A DNA stretch of 63,071 nt, the filler included, from Platydemus manokwari (lineage: Eukaryota), in NCBI GenBank assembly GCA_037951405.1. It is 6 parts of 6 records of this genome, joined end to end, with 100 filler letters (N's around TTAATTAATTAA, not from the genome) between each part and the next. Parts side by side here need not be neighbours in the genome. Positions count along the whole stretch, not along the records: positions 41,505 to 53,119 come from JBBMOY010565551.1; positions 53,220 to 63,071 come from JBBMOY011196876.1; 4 more parts are not named here. One strand, written 5' to 3'. The notes beneath the pieces are model-generated. The model did no database searches. It saw nothing but the letters and a program-made list of their open reading frames with translations, and had not been told where the DNA came from. Shown piece by piece: positions 49,801 to 62,308 of the stretch. A program made the translations under genes and the position numbers. The stretch's first letter is position 1. Every line of letters begins with the position of its first letter.

Positions 49801-52800
49801 AAGACACTTGCATCCTCCTTTAGTATATAATATCAAAAATTAGAAATAGAAATCAGATTTAAAGTAGACTGTAGAACACATACAGTTCATTATCGTTGCT
49901 CATCACAATCTTCATATTGTGCTGAAAATCCCATAAGGACGAATTACAGGTCATTAAATAGTAAATGTAGGAGTCATTACCAAAAATGAAACAAAAGCAT
50001 AATAGTTAAATTATATTACGACCTTAAAATCCATAGAACCAAGAATTTCAGAATTCAGTGCTGAAAAAATACATTCTTGAATAACAAAATGGCCTTTGAA
50101 TATAGTAAATAATATATTATATAGTAATTTTCAGAACTAAATCTTTAGTTATACGTCTATTTATTATAACTGCGTTTATTTATCTGATTATTTATTAATG
50201 TGGTCACTGAGAAATGACAATATAAAAATTATATATTGGGTTTACATTTAATATTCAGCTAATATTTGCGAATTAATGGGCTTCAATAATTATTGATTAC
50301 ATTCCTGATGTTTTCTAACTTCTATCTATATTAATAATTCACATTTGGAGCTCAATTGTTAATTTTATTTACTTTGGTTGTCCAGCTTAATAATAATTTT
50401 GTAAATTATGCCATCATGATATTCATGTCAACGGACATAGCTGATCACCGATGACCACTTGTTATTAAATAACATAAATTCTCTTCACTCATTAGTGCAT
50501 ATTATGGATTATTTTATTCGTGTAATACATGATTCGATCAATTATATTTTACTGATTTCTCTCCGAATGATTTATTATCGTAACAAACAAAATAAAGCAA
50601 TTCACTAGTTTTAAAAAGTTAAAAATTTTCACAAATCTATATTTAATCCAAACTAAATCAAACTCATTAGCAAAAATTTCAATGCATCAAAAACCAATCT
50701 CTAAATTCTTAACAAATAGCAAGGGCTCAATCAAAATATATAAACCTATTTTATATATTAGCAAATGTGATAATTACCACTCAAAGAGTTACATAGTAAT
50801 CGATAGTTATCAAATAATTAGAACTGTTGAATATCAGAAATTAACAAAAATATGTCTATACAATAAACAAAATAGTATGACAATTATAAATGGCAAAAGA
50901 ATACCGTCCAATAGGAACATGAATAAGTAAAGATTGAAATGTGATACAAACATGGCACAAAAATTACACAGGCATCTGGAATATAAATATCGATTTAAAT
51001 ATGGCCAACTGCCAGTTGGAAGCCAAGTTTGTTTATGTTCTTGAGAAGTATCAGCATTAGTTTGAATATATTTATAAGTCGTAGTGACTAGTACGCAGTT
51101 TGAAAATAAAGTTATATCCTTCTAGTTTTTTATGTCAGTAGTTATTCAATTGTTAAGAAGTAACCCCAACAGATCTTCAATGATCGATATTTGTCAATTC
51201 CTGTGCTTGTGTAATTGTTTGATCATGTGTTTACTAGAAATGAAAATGTTAATTAATTTTGATTTTGATTTATCAGTACAAATACACGTACAAATGTATC
51301 TGTATATGTAAAACAAGGGTTTCAAGTTGTCAAGTGTGTTTATTTTTACCAGATTGTTTTACACTCAACATATCTAACCTCACTTCAAAATTTATTTCCT
51401 CAAAAATTTTAAATTTATAATTTCCGTTCTAATTTCGAGTTTATTCGAAAACAATGACTAATTTCAACTTTAAAATGTATAATTTTACCTGACACATTTA
51501 AATATATTGAAAAATATGACGCGGATAGTCAATACAACAGATATTTTTAATTTATTTCAATTTTTAATATTGCTAAAAATTTTCAATCGATTTAGAAAAT
51601 ACGTTAATTAGATTTCGAATGAAAAAAGGTCGATTTGTATTTCGTCTAATCAAGAGCAATTATTCAAGTTAACTATAATGAAAAATGAAAGAAAGGAAAC
51701 GTCAATGAAATTCGTAAACTTCATTTTCAATCTATTTTCACAAAGTAAACCTACTTAGCAATTTGAAATATAATATTGTCTATATTTGAATGATAAACAT
51801 AACAGAGTACATCACACAGATTCCAAACTAGATCTATATAACAATATGCAATGTTGTATTGGAACATTCTGATTCAGGTAGGTCGGTATATAAATTAGAG
51901 CAAAACATGAACCTGAGATTGGACATATTAAACAAAAGAAGGAAAAATCAGCCCAAAAATTCATTAAATTCAATTTGAGATTTCAATCAAAATTATTGTT
52001 ATAGATTTGATAAATGGTTTAATAACAAGCAAAATGATATTTTAATGTTTTAATTATAATCAAAGTTTAACACAAGACAAAACCTTATCATCTTGTAAGC
52101 TTAGTCTTCTCTACAGATCTTTCTATACATTAGATATGTTGGTATATTAACAAAAATTTGAATCTGAAAATCTATATCAACTAAAATAATACACTCAAAA
52201 TCGCAATAATAAATATTTATGCAATTCCCAAAGAAAAACACTCAAAAAGACTGATTACTGAAATCACAGGTAAGCTAAAAACTAAAGTTACCCTCAAAAA
52301 AGAATCCATGGAATTCAGCCTCTTTTACAGATAAAATTATATCCCATGTCTAAACTTATAAAAAAGAAGGGCAACCGGAATTCAAGATGAAAAATCTGAT
52401 GGTGATCTTGGTAATTTTCATGTTCAGAGGCTGAGCGACAGCACGAACAATACCGAACTTCAAAAGAAATACTTGGTCCCAAACTAGCAAGAAACATATT
52501 CTAGAAGCTATTGAGTGCCATCTATTACCCGAGTTGGAAAAGCTCAAAATCAGAATGAAGATTGTCGAAGAAAAAATCAAGGACTTGACGAAAAAATTAC
52601 AAGCAAAACCCGCAAACGTGTCTAAGTAAAAATATTAATAAAATCATTTTGGTTGGACGTTTGCAGTAGTTGGTAATGTAGCTTCTTGATAATTTAAGAC
52701 AGTGATCTGAAAACTTGATGTATTTTATTTTGACAATGATTAATTTTACACAAAATTTTTACTATTTTATTTTATGTAAATACAGAAAGAGTTATGACAG

Positions 52801-53119
52801 AGTTTATCGATACTAGATTTCAGACAAATGAAAAAGAAGTACGAAGCGACACAAATATGAGTATAATAATGAAATCTGACTTACGTTCAAAACATCTCCA
52901 GTTAAAGTGGCATCGCTAAATAATAACATATAAGTATATGATGTACGAATGTTGATTATCATCATTATTATCATCAGTATCGTTATAATGTATGACATGT
53001 AAATAGCAGTTATTATCATCATAATTAGTATCAGTATCACTATAATTATTTATTATCATAATTATTGTTATTATTTACATTATTTCATTAATAATATTGT
53101 TTACTATTATTGTTTTTTA

Positions 53120-53219
53120 NNNNNNNNNNNNNNNNNNNNNNNNNNNNNNNNNNNNNNNNNNNNTTAATTAATTAANNNNNNNNNNNNNNNNNNNNNNNNN
53201 NNNNNNNNNNNNNNNNNNN
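53120..53219. other. Assembly linker (100 nt, six-frame stop spacer)
   Basis: N-run/TTAATTAATTAA/N-run. Confidence 0.98.
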
Positions 53220-53330
53220 CATGTTTCCAAACGTTACGTATAATTACCACAGACCAACACACAGGCCGCGTGGTCAAATCTGGATAAAAGTTGGCCGGAG
53301 CATAGTTGGTAGATAAGGTTACACACGGAC

Positions 53331-53390
53331 ACTGACCGACTCTGTCAATCCTGAGATAGTACGCATACTCAGGGCTTTCATTAGCGGCTG
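53331..53390 (-). ncRNA. Degenerate minimal type I hammerhead-ribozyme-like motif (Penelope/retrozyme-like remnant)
   Basis: Minus strand reads CTAATGA-AAGCCCTGAG...CTCAGGATT-GACA-GA-GTC. This has a CUGAUGA-like box (1 mismatch), a CCTGAG/CTCAGG stem, a GAAA-like box (1 mismatch) and a GUC triplet, all in a GC-rich island with internal repeats. Confidence 0.35.
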
Positions 53391-56300
53391 GTAATTGTAA
53401 CCTGGATAAGGTTACAACACAGAGCATTGAGAAACAAACAAATGTTCAACCGTTTCAATGAGATATTGTAGTCGGATATTGATTCGAGACTTTGGGGTAT
53501 TTGTAAATTTGTAGTAGCATGGTGATCAAAAGTTCACTGGCCATACATTAAATTGTGCATATTGACTCATTTTACACATATTTTATGTTGACATTCACAG
53601 AATTTGACAGAAATGGTGTTGTTGACGAACTTGTAGCAGATCAAGCATTTATCGGTATTGCTTTCTTTTACCAAAGGTTTTATTGATCAATATGTTCCTC
53701 GATTATTTCTCGTGTATAAAATTATTAATGATATGAAATATTTAAGGTTGCTTCTCAAATATTAAATTAATTTTGACTTAATGGATCGAATAATCTCACA
53801 TATTCAAAGGATAAAGCATTGCCACACTTAATTGGCCGCATCACAGTAATGAACTTTTCAAAATTTGTAAGATGGAAATAAAGCCATGGGACTATATTTT
53901 GAAATTGACTTTGCTGTTCTATTAATCAATTAATTCTATCGATAAATAATTTATTATTATGAAATTGTTTATCTTCTCTTAACAAAACATTTTGATATTC
54001 AATTTTGAAAGCATTTTCATATATATTTTTAATAAATGTTTAAGTTAATTCATGAGCACATTGTACCATATCTAACAATAGAGTTACTCATTCGGTGTAT
54101 TGTTCTAATCTAACAGTGCACAAAATTTCTCGTCAATATTGGTCAAGTAGTTTTCTTTAATTTCTCACGATAATAAACTCGATTGGTAACGTATCAATAG
54201 GGCAATTAGGGCATATAGGGCATGATCAAATATAATTATTTCAAAACATTCTCTACAAAATCTATGATTACGTAATGTGAAGTGTGGGCAGGTATCGCAT
54301 TCAATATTTAAGTTTTCATAACAAATTTGACAATCAATATAATCATTAATTTTGTAATTAGATTATTATTTGTTATTAATTAATCAACTTATTAAATTTA
54401 TTTTTTTAATTTTTAAATAAGTTTTATTTAAATTTCAATATTTTTAAATTTTTAAAAATTTTGACTGATATAACTCAAGTTGCCTGTTAGGCAATTTTTA
54501 AATATTTATTTTAAATTTTTCAATATTTAAAAACAATTTTATTTATAAAATTAGTTATCAAAAATTTTAAAATAGACTTAAGATCTCTTGCATCTTATAA
54601 ATCTTACAGTTCTGATTATTTAGATAGTTAAATTAACATGGTCGTAACCATTGATATTATTTATAACTAAGTTAATTGTTTAATTTTCGTTACAAGTCTT
54701 AGTTTTTACATATTTATTTAGATATAAATAACGATAAGTCAAAATCAATAAATTCTTTTATTCACAAAATAAAACTTATATATACTAATATCAAATGTAA
54801 ATGAAGACAGTTACTAACAATGAAATCGACGGGAACTATGTGATATCCGATTTTATTCAAAATGAACGTGTAAGAATCAAACATATTTGATTTTACTAAA
54901 GAGGATAGATATTCTTCTAGAAAAATGTGCTTCTACAAAGTTATCATTTACCATCGTTATTTAATAAGTTACAAAATTTAACTCATATTGCATGAACAAA
55001 AATAAATTTTTACTGAGGATTAGTTTCATTAATCAATTTCTAGAACAATAATTGGAATAGATCTTTTAGTGATTTGATAAATTATCCAAATGAATGTAGT
55101 CTTTAGAAATGATAGGTTGATTGTGAAACTGAATTTAACAACATATAGGCATTAAGTCTCTTAATCGGATTCTTAACTGAATAGCTAAATTGCTTGCCAA
55201 TGAATATGTTAGAAATTGCATTCAAGTATTTATTTATGATGTTTGATTTCTATTGACTGGGGTTCTTTTGCAGAACTGCAATGCGAAATTAGTTGTTTTT
55301 CATAAAATGTGCATGTTGATGTGACTATATGCATGGTTGCCGTGAGGGTTACTATTTATGTAAATTTATATGCTTACGTAGTACATCATCACCTAAAGTA
55401 TATATTGCTTAAAATGTATAGATTTATTCTCAGCACTGTTGAATCAATATGAAATCATTTTGCACTATTCTTGATTTTTTGTAACTTTTTATTAATTACA
55501 TTGAAATTTTGGCATTATATAAATTTCATTTGAAATTTGTTGGGTATAATGTTGGATTTTCTTTTGTGTTTAGTATTGATAAAGCTTAATCTTATTCGTA
55601 ATTAGATTGGTGAAAGGTGTTAACAATAAAGATAAACAAAAATCTGACTATACTTTTCCGACCAAGTTGAATATAAGTTAATATAAATAATGTTGTATTC
55701 AAGTCTTGTAGTGAACACCTAGGTGAACACTGGTTTTTTATATTAATTAAGTACTCAATCTTTTTCTTAATTTGATTAACCTTTTAAGCATTTTATTTGC
55801 TTAATTAATTTTGCAATCGAATTTGTTATTTATTTTAATTTTATCTTTAACTATTTTATTTGCTATTTATTATTACTTATTATCGAAGAATAACAGAAAC
55901 AATAACGTATTGCATACATTTTTCATTGTACTAACAAAAAAATGTATACAGAAATAAAATTAAAAATCTACCACTATAAATCATCAATTATCCATTTAGC
56001 ACCCATTTGTGAAAAATAGCTCGAAGGTGGAATCAGACTTGGGATTTTATTTGTTGATGGTTATATGATTTATGTAATACTGCAGGATATGAGTTAAGTA
56101 TAAAGATGATATTTGAAGTATTGAGTTCTATTCTATTTATTGTTTCTAGGATCCAAAAACTGCTTTGCACCTTTTATTGTATTTGTTGGGATTTATGTGG
56201 ATTGGTAATAATCAATGTCTATATGTACTAGTGAATTTGGGATTTAAATAAAGAAAATTCTATGCAGATTTCTAAATTATTCTAATCCTAAACAATTTAT

Positions 56301-59145
56301 AATTAACGGTGTAGTCAGATGGGATAATATTACTTAATAAGAAAATTCAAATGAAATCAACAATAATAAAAAATTCCTGACAAATAACCTGAGAAATATA
56401 TGGAATAATAATTATGCTAAGTTTGTTAGTCTTGAACTTAACGTGTTCTACTGAATCTGATTCCTATTCTGTTTAAAGATTCGCAATAAAGGAAAATATT
56501 TGTTAAAAGTAGTGAATACAATTTAGGCACAAGGGGTATACAGTCATTTTAAAGTAAATTTGATAAGAGGGATTTAATCTCAGATACTTCTCTTGGTGAT
56601 ACCAGCATGTAATTTTCTCGATGCTACTACAAATCGTTTTATACTAAATCATCAATTAACATCTTGTTAATACACTACCTTTACATCTTTTCTCCTATCT
56701 GGGCAGAAATTTTCTTGTGATTGATTTGTTATGGTCAATATTTTCATATTTACATAGCACGAATCCGAATTTCTCCTCAAATAATGAAATTAATCACTAA
56801 CTTTTATACATTATATATAACATTGCTTTTATGAACATGGTGACGATATTTGTGTCTCTATCAGTTTGCGACATCTTTCTATTTTGTTTTGTCTTCTTGC
56901 GTTTCTCGTGTATGTGTCTATTCTTACCAATACATTGAGTATCATCTAACATTATAAATTTGCTCGTGGTTTCTTTTACATCATGGTCTATTATTGAAAT
57001 ATTCGGATAAACAAATAAATTTCACGATATTAAAATTGTTTGAAATGGTGTAGATTAAGTAAAATTACAGTCTTATAAAATTTATGCTTGTGAATATTGT
57101 GCAAATGGCTTTTGTGCGTTTTAATTTATGTGAAATGTGACTTGAGTCCTAATTATGTTTTTTCTATTTGTCATTGTGTTATTGCATTTTATTTTGAATT
57201 ATCTGTTACCATTTCAGCAATATCTGTTAAGATTTTATGTACATGTTTATTTTTGGTAACAAAGTTGCTATTTATTTTTTTATTATTATGTTTGAAGAGT
57301 TAATGCATTAAAAAATCCAACAAAATTATATATATGGAGTTTTCATTTTGGTTTGTTTTTTATATTTCTTTTCTTATTTAACATTTATAGATATGCTTCT
57401 GTTTATTATCATGCTTCTGTTATGTATATTTGGGTTTCTAATTTTGGATTTAACTAATTTTAAATTCTTTTTTCTCCGAAATTAATGTTGCCTGTATTAA
57501 TTTTTAATAAGCCTTTAAATGTAGTTAAAATTACCTTAAATTAAAATTACCTCTTGTCAGTATAAATAATATTATGAAAGTGTCGATTTCTACAATTACC
57601 CAGTATTATTGAGATTGTTTCAATTGTCACAATTATTAGTCTTTGAAATATTAATTTTTTTTATTTTTGAGACCAAGATACAATTATTAAAGCATGCTTT
57701 TGGTAATTTTGCTGTTAAGACGTTTATTAAAGAATGATATAATATATACTATATCCAGGAATGTTTCAAATTTTTATAAATTATCTTTTTGATCTATTTC
57801 TTCAAATTGTTTCAAGAGATTATTATTTTCTATTAATTGCTTTTTATATTAACCACTGACATATGTTTCTTTAAAAAAACTAACGGTGTTTTCATTGTAT
57901 TTTCTTATTTCTATATGCGTCGCAACAATCCCTCTTGTGCCTGGTCATTTGTTTCTCGACAACTAATATAAGTTTTTGTTATTATTCATACTACTCAATT
58001 TGTCTTTATAGTAATTAATAATCAGTTTTCAATATATTTATAAACGACTTCAATTGTTATTATATAAGTATAGTAATAGTTATTATACACTGCACCTTTG
58101 GAGTCAGGTGTTGTAAGATAAACGATAATTCAGGAACATGCATAACTTACCCACAAACTCAAACCAAAACACAGTATAAACCCCAACAATACTATTAGTT
58201 GAATTATAAAAATAAATTTCGTGTTGATATGAAATTTCGATTCCAAACTTTGTCATATAAATTCTTTTGCAAAGTTTTCACTTTGAAATAATTTACTTTC
58301 ATTCCTTATTAGATTTAGATGTCTTGAGTTTAGTTTTATGTAAATACTTTTGTAGATTTTCTATTGTAGTTATTCTATTTTATGATATTCCTTGACTTCA
58401 AGTTTTACATTTTGGTAATATTATTTCTGATGATTTTGAAGTTGATTAAATAAGTAAAAAACTTTATGTTTGTAATTATTTGATTGATCACATGGTATCT
58501 CACAATCTATTTTAAAATAAAATTTCTTTATTAATAATACTCAATAATTACATGAAATTTCATAATAATTTAATTTTTGAAAAATAATTAAGTGCTTATT
58601 ATGCTGATTCTCCATCTTTCTACGAGTTTGATTATTAGAATGGAAAGTAGAATTATCAATTGAAATAAGTTAATAATAAAATTAAATAATGCATTAAAAT
58701 GTAAAATTTAATGTGACTAAATATTATAATTACACAAGTTAATCATAAAGAATCCAAATCTGATTATTTAAATTTTAATATCTTTTGTTCATTTCACCGA
58801 AAAGAATATATAACCGAAATTAATTTTTATATAGTGTTGGGGTTTATTAGTTTCACTAAATTGATTCTTATTAATTAGCTTATCCCTTTATCCCAACTTT
58901 TGCGTGTTCTAATTATAATCCTATTATTTTTTTGTATCACCTAACTCCAAAGGTGCTGTGTATTAACTATGCTAGTGATAATCAAGAGTTAAAACAGATT
59001 TGGTTCATAAGTATATTTTGAGATATAGAATACAATTGAATTATCGAATACACGTAAAATATAGAGTACAATATCGTAAATAAAATTTTAACAATAATAG
59101 TTAACAAGTTTCAAAATAATGACGTTTTAAACAAATAAGCAGGCT

Positions 59146-60332
59146 TGTTGGGGTTTTATTAAGTTTGCGCTTAATTAGAGTAATTACCGACTCTATATAG
59201 ATAGAGCGTATAATTTTTTGGTGTAATCTCTTAGGTTTCCCTGTAAGAGTCCTAAATTTGAAAGATTATTGGAGGTTAGGCCTACTTGGCACCGTAACCT
59301 TTTAAACGGAATTTGTTTTAAGATTTTAGAGTTTAATAGAGTTTTTCTCTAGTTGACTCGGTTCAGGCTAGAGGATGATAATATAGCAAAATTATTAATA
59401 AAGGCTTTAGAGTTTCGATACTTTAAACACCAGTACATCTAGTCTGCGGTTGTTGGCGTTGAATTAAACGAGGTTATTTATGATTAATATATCAAATATA
59501 ATGATTAGTGATAGTTATTATGAGCAATATATCAAATAGAAATTATTATAATTGCTTAAATTAATATGAATTTAAAATACTGCAATGAGTTTCTTACGGT
59601 GTTGTCCGTGAGGATTTCCTTTGTTGAATTGGAATTAAAAGCAATATTAGATAGAAATTCCTACAGAGATCTGTCCGTGAGGATTTCTTTTGGTTTTTTT
59701 TGACTCTCGAGTTCTTTGATTGAAAGGTTCTAATTTTCTAGAAGAGAGAATTTTAAGGCTGCGAATTTTTTTCCCTCTTGGTTACCACGAATTTCGTTTT
59801 TATAGTAAAACAGATTTGTCGTTGAAGTGAAATTATAGTAGATTAAATTTCTTAATCGGAAATAGCAATTATCTAGCAGATTTGTCCTCGAAATTGGAAA
59901 TGACAATTATCCTCTAATTGTCTAGGTAATTTCAACTTAGTCAGGAAACAATAATTTCTCTTTTTGTTGTAATTTCTGAACTAATTTCCAGTTAGTATAT
60001 TGCGTGTCACCCTTCTCCTTTGCTTTCTTTTTATATAACTCTTAGTTTCTTTTATGGTTTTACCATCTATTTTTATAGTTTTTTATTCCTATTTTTGTTT
60101 TAAAATTTCTCCTTTTGCTATTTTTGGATCATTTTTCTATTCCTGGATTTATTTATTACTGTTTTCTATTTTCGGGTTTTTGTGGGGATTTTCATGTTAT
60201 TATTAATTATATCTTGGTATTTTTAGAATGTGATTAATAATTATTATTATTGTTAAAGTATATGATTATTACATATCATGTTATTATTAATTATTATTAT
60301 CCATAATTATCATCATATTTTGGTTCCCAACA
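59146..60332 (-). repeat. 3' long terminal repeat, 1187 bp
   Basis: TG...CA ends with a 7-bp inverted repeat TGTTGGG/CCCAACA, adjacent to the PPT. TATAAAA on the minus strand near 59797-59803. Internal duplicated motifs TGTCCGTGAGGATTTC (x2) and CAGATTTGTC (x2). Flank AGGCT is the predicted 5-bp TSD. An alternative, more distal end exists at 58835. Confidence 0.75.
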
Positions 60333-60366
60333 TATGCCCCCCTTAAAGTTTTCTCGTCCCGAGAAA
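60333..60366 (-). promoter_or_regulatory. Polypurine tract and upstream hairpin motif of the LTR element
   Basis: AAGGGGGG-CATA directly before the LTR TG, preceded by the inverted repeat TTTCTCG-GGA-CGAGAAA. Confidence 0.85.
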
Positions 60367-60523
60367 TAACAATTAGTTTTCCTGGTTTTTTGTTCTCTAA
60401 TAAAACTTTTTTACAGTGCCATTTTTCAGGCATGAAAGATACACATTTATAAAAGATTCAAGATGAGACACACGCATCAGTTTTATAGTAGTAATGTAGT
60501 AACAGTGAAGTTCAGGTTTATTT

Positions 60524-62022
60524 TTATACAAAAGATATTTGATAGTCCTCATATTTCTTTAGCTCCGGGTTGCTGTAACTTTGAAGGAATTGTTCTCCCG
60601 TTTCCGGCTTGCTGAACTGGATGGCTGTGATCAACCATCGTTCCCCATTTAGTAATACCACTGGCGGTATTATTGTTGGCAATGGCAGGATATTTGTTTC
60701 CTGGCTTGGTTCTGCCATTATGTAGTCTTTATTTTCTTCGTCCTCTGTTGCTGAGACGTATTCTCCTTCTGAGGCCTTTGGTTCATCTTCCTCTGGGATT
60801 ACTTCGAAGAATTTGTGGCTTGGCTTGAGTTGTTCTGGTGGATCGGGTGTTACTGTCGGATTCTCGTCGTTTTTCATTTCCACCTGCTCATTTTTATTGA
60901 TTTCTTCAGGAAGTATGAGATAATCCTGCTATCCATATTCCATGATGCGATATATTTCTAGTATATCGTATGCTTTTTGGCAGGTAACTATTCTTTTTAA
61001 GTTAACATAATTGTTTGGAATGAGTTTTTCTTTTAATTTGGTAAGTCGCTGTATTGCTTTGATAGCTCCTCCATTTGGGTCAGTATTTGAGTAACTCATC
61101 CCTTATTCCAAGAGGTCTGTGAGTAGGGTAATTGAGAGCTTCTAGTGTCTCGTTTACGTTGTACCCTATCACAATTCTTTTGTCCGAAACGGATATAATG
61201 TATCTTTTCAGTGCTTGTTCATTCCAAGAATCTATGATGTCTTTTTCTGTCAATTGATCCGTTCCCTGATTCCTCCAGTGTCGAATATAATGTCGAGGTG
61301 TAACAATTGTATTTAGTATAACTTGTCCCTCGTAAGTTAAAACAGTGACTGCAAAGACGGTCTTGTCGGTATCTTTGCTGCCGGTGATTCTAATGGTTTC
61401 CACTATTCGGGTGGCTAGGATTCTAATATTGCTCCTGATCTCATTTGGAGGCAGATTCTTTCTAATGAAGGAATGCCTATTAAGGAATATTTTCTCTGGT
61501 GTCTAGGTAAGTTAAATCAGTCTAGAGGTGGTTATATTTTTCATCGTCTGGAATGTCGTTGCGACCTGATTCCAGGATTAGAGTTACTGGTAGGGCTGAG
61601 AAGGAAACTCTTCCTTTCAGTATCCTTTCCTCACATTGCGTAATTTCTAAAGCGTTATGTCTTGGGAGGAAGATTACTTCCTCAAGACCGGGAATCACGA
61701 TTGATATTTGAGCTACCGTAGTGTGTATGTACACTTTTTCTGCTCCTGTGGCATAGTTGATATCGTTGAATAATTGTGACAAAGAAGTGATTCTTCGATT
61801 ATTAACGAATATGGTTTCTATGGCTCTGTGGCCTCTATTTGGAAATTTCATGTTGTTCGGCAAGTGTGTTTGGTCCTTAAAGATTTGGCTGTAGCAGGTT
61901 TTTTGCTCCATGTACGTATGGAAATTATTACTTATTACCGTATCTACAGCATAATTTTGGAATTGTGGAATATTTGGTTGAGTGTGTCCAAATGAGTTGT
62001 AGATGACGTTGTATTGTTTCAT
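60524..62022 (-). pseudogene. Disrupted ~500-codon accessory ORF: unknown N-terminal domain, DEDDh (REX/ISG20-like) exonuclease fold, acidic linker, conserved C-terminal module
   Basis: ORFs 61522..62022, 61080..61403 and 60524..60883 are collinear pieces. There are breaks at ~61503-61524, a frameshift at 61097 (GIRD/SYSN, cf. paralogue GIKDLS) and a TAG at 60929-60931 opposite a W in the paralogue. The core AVTVLTYEGQVILNTIVTP...RIVIGYNVNETLEALNY.....IRD follows the REX4/ISG20 pattern RVS+V...G.V+.D..VKP...RILVGH....DL..L......IRD. Joining of the N-terminal piece is the least certain part. Confidence 0.75.
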
Positions 62023-62308
62023 TTTCTAAAAATAAAGATTAAACATTTAAGGCTGATAACATATTGTACATCGTATTCGATATAATATGTTATATTGAAT
62101 CTCATAGTTGATTTTATAGTTTTAGACTTTTTGTATTTTATGCTCTGGTTATTTGTCATAGGTGTGATATATTTATTAATTTAGATTATGAATAATAAGA
62201 ATGAAGACATAAGTTATATAATAAGAATGAAGATATACTTTAGATTATACAAGGTCATAAATAATCACAATAGTCAATTGCTTAATCGTTATCAGTATTT
62301 GGCTCTTG

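Noticed and set aside
60524-62022. Three separate small genes, or an env gene
   Set aside because: The pieces join through frameshifts or a stop that align with the paralogue. There is no signal peptide, fusion-protein motif or transmembrane segment.
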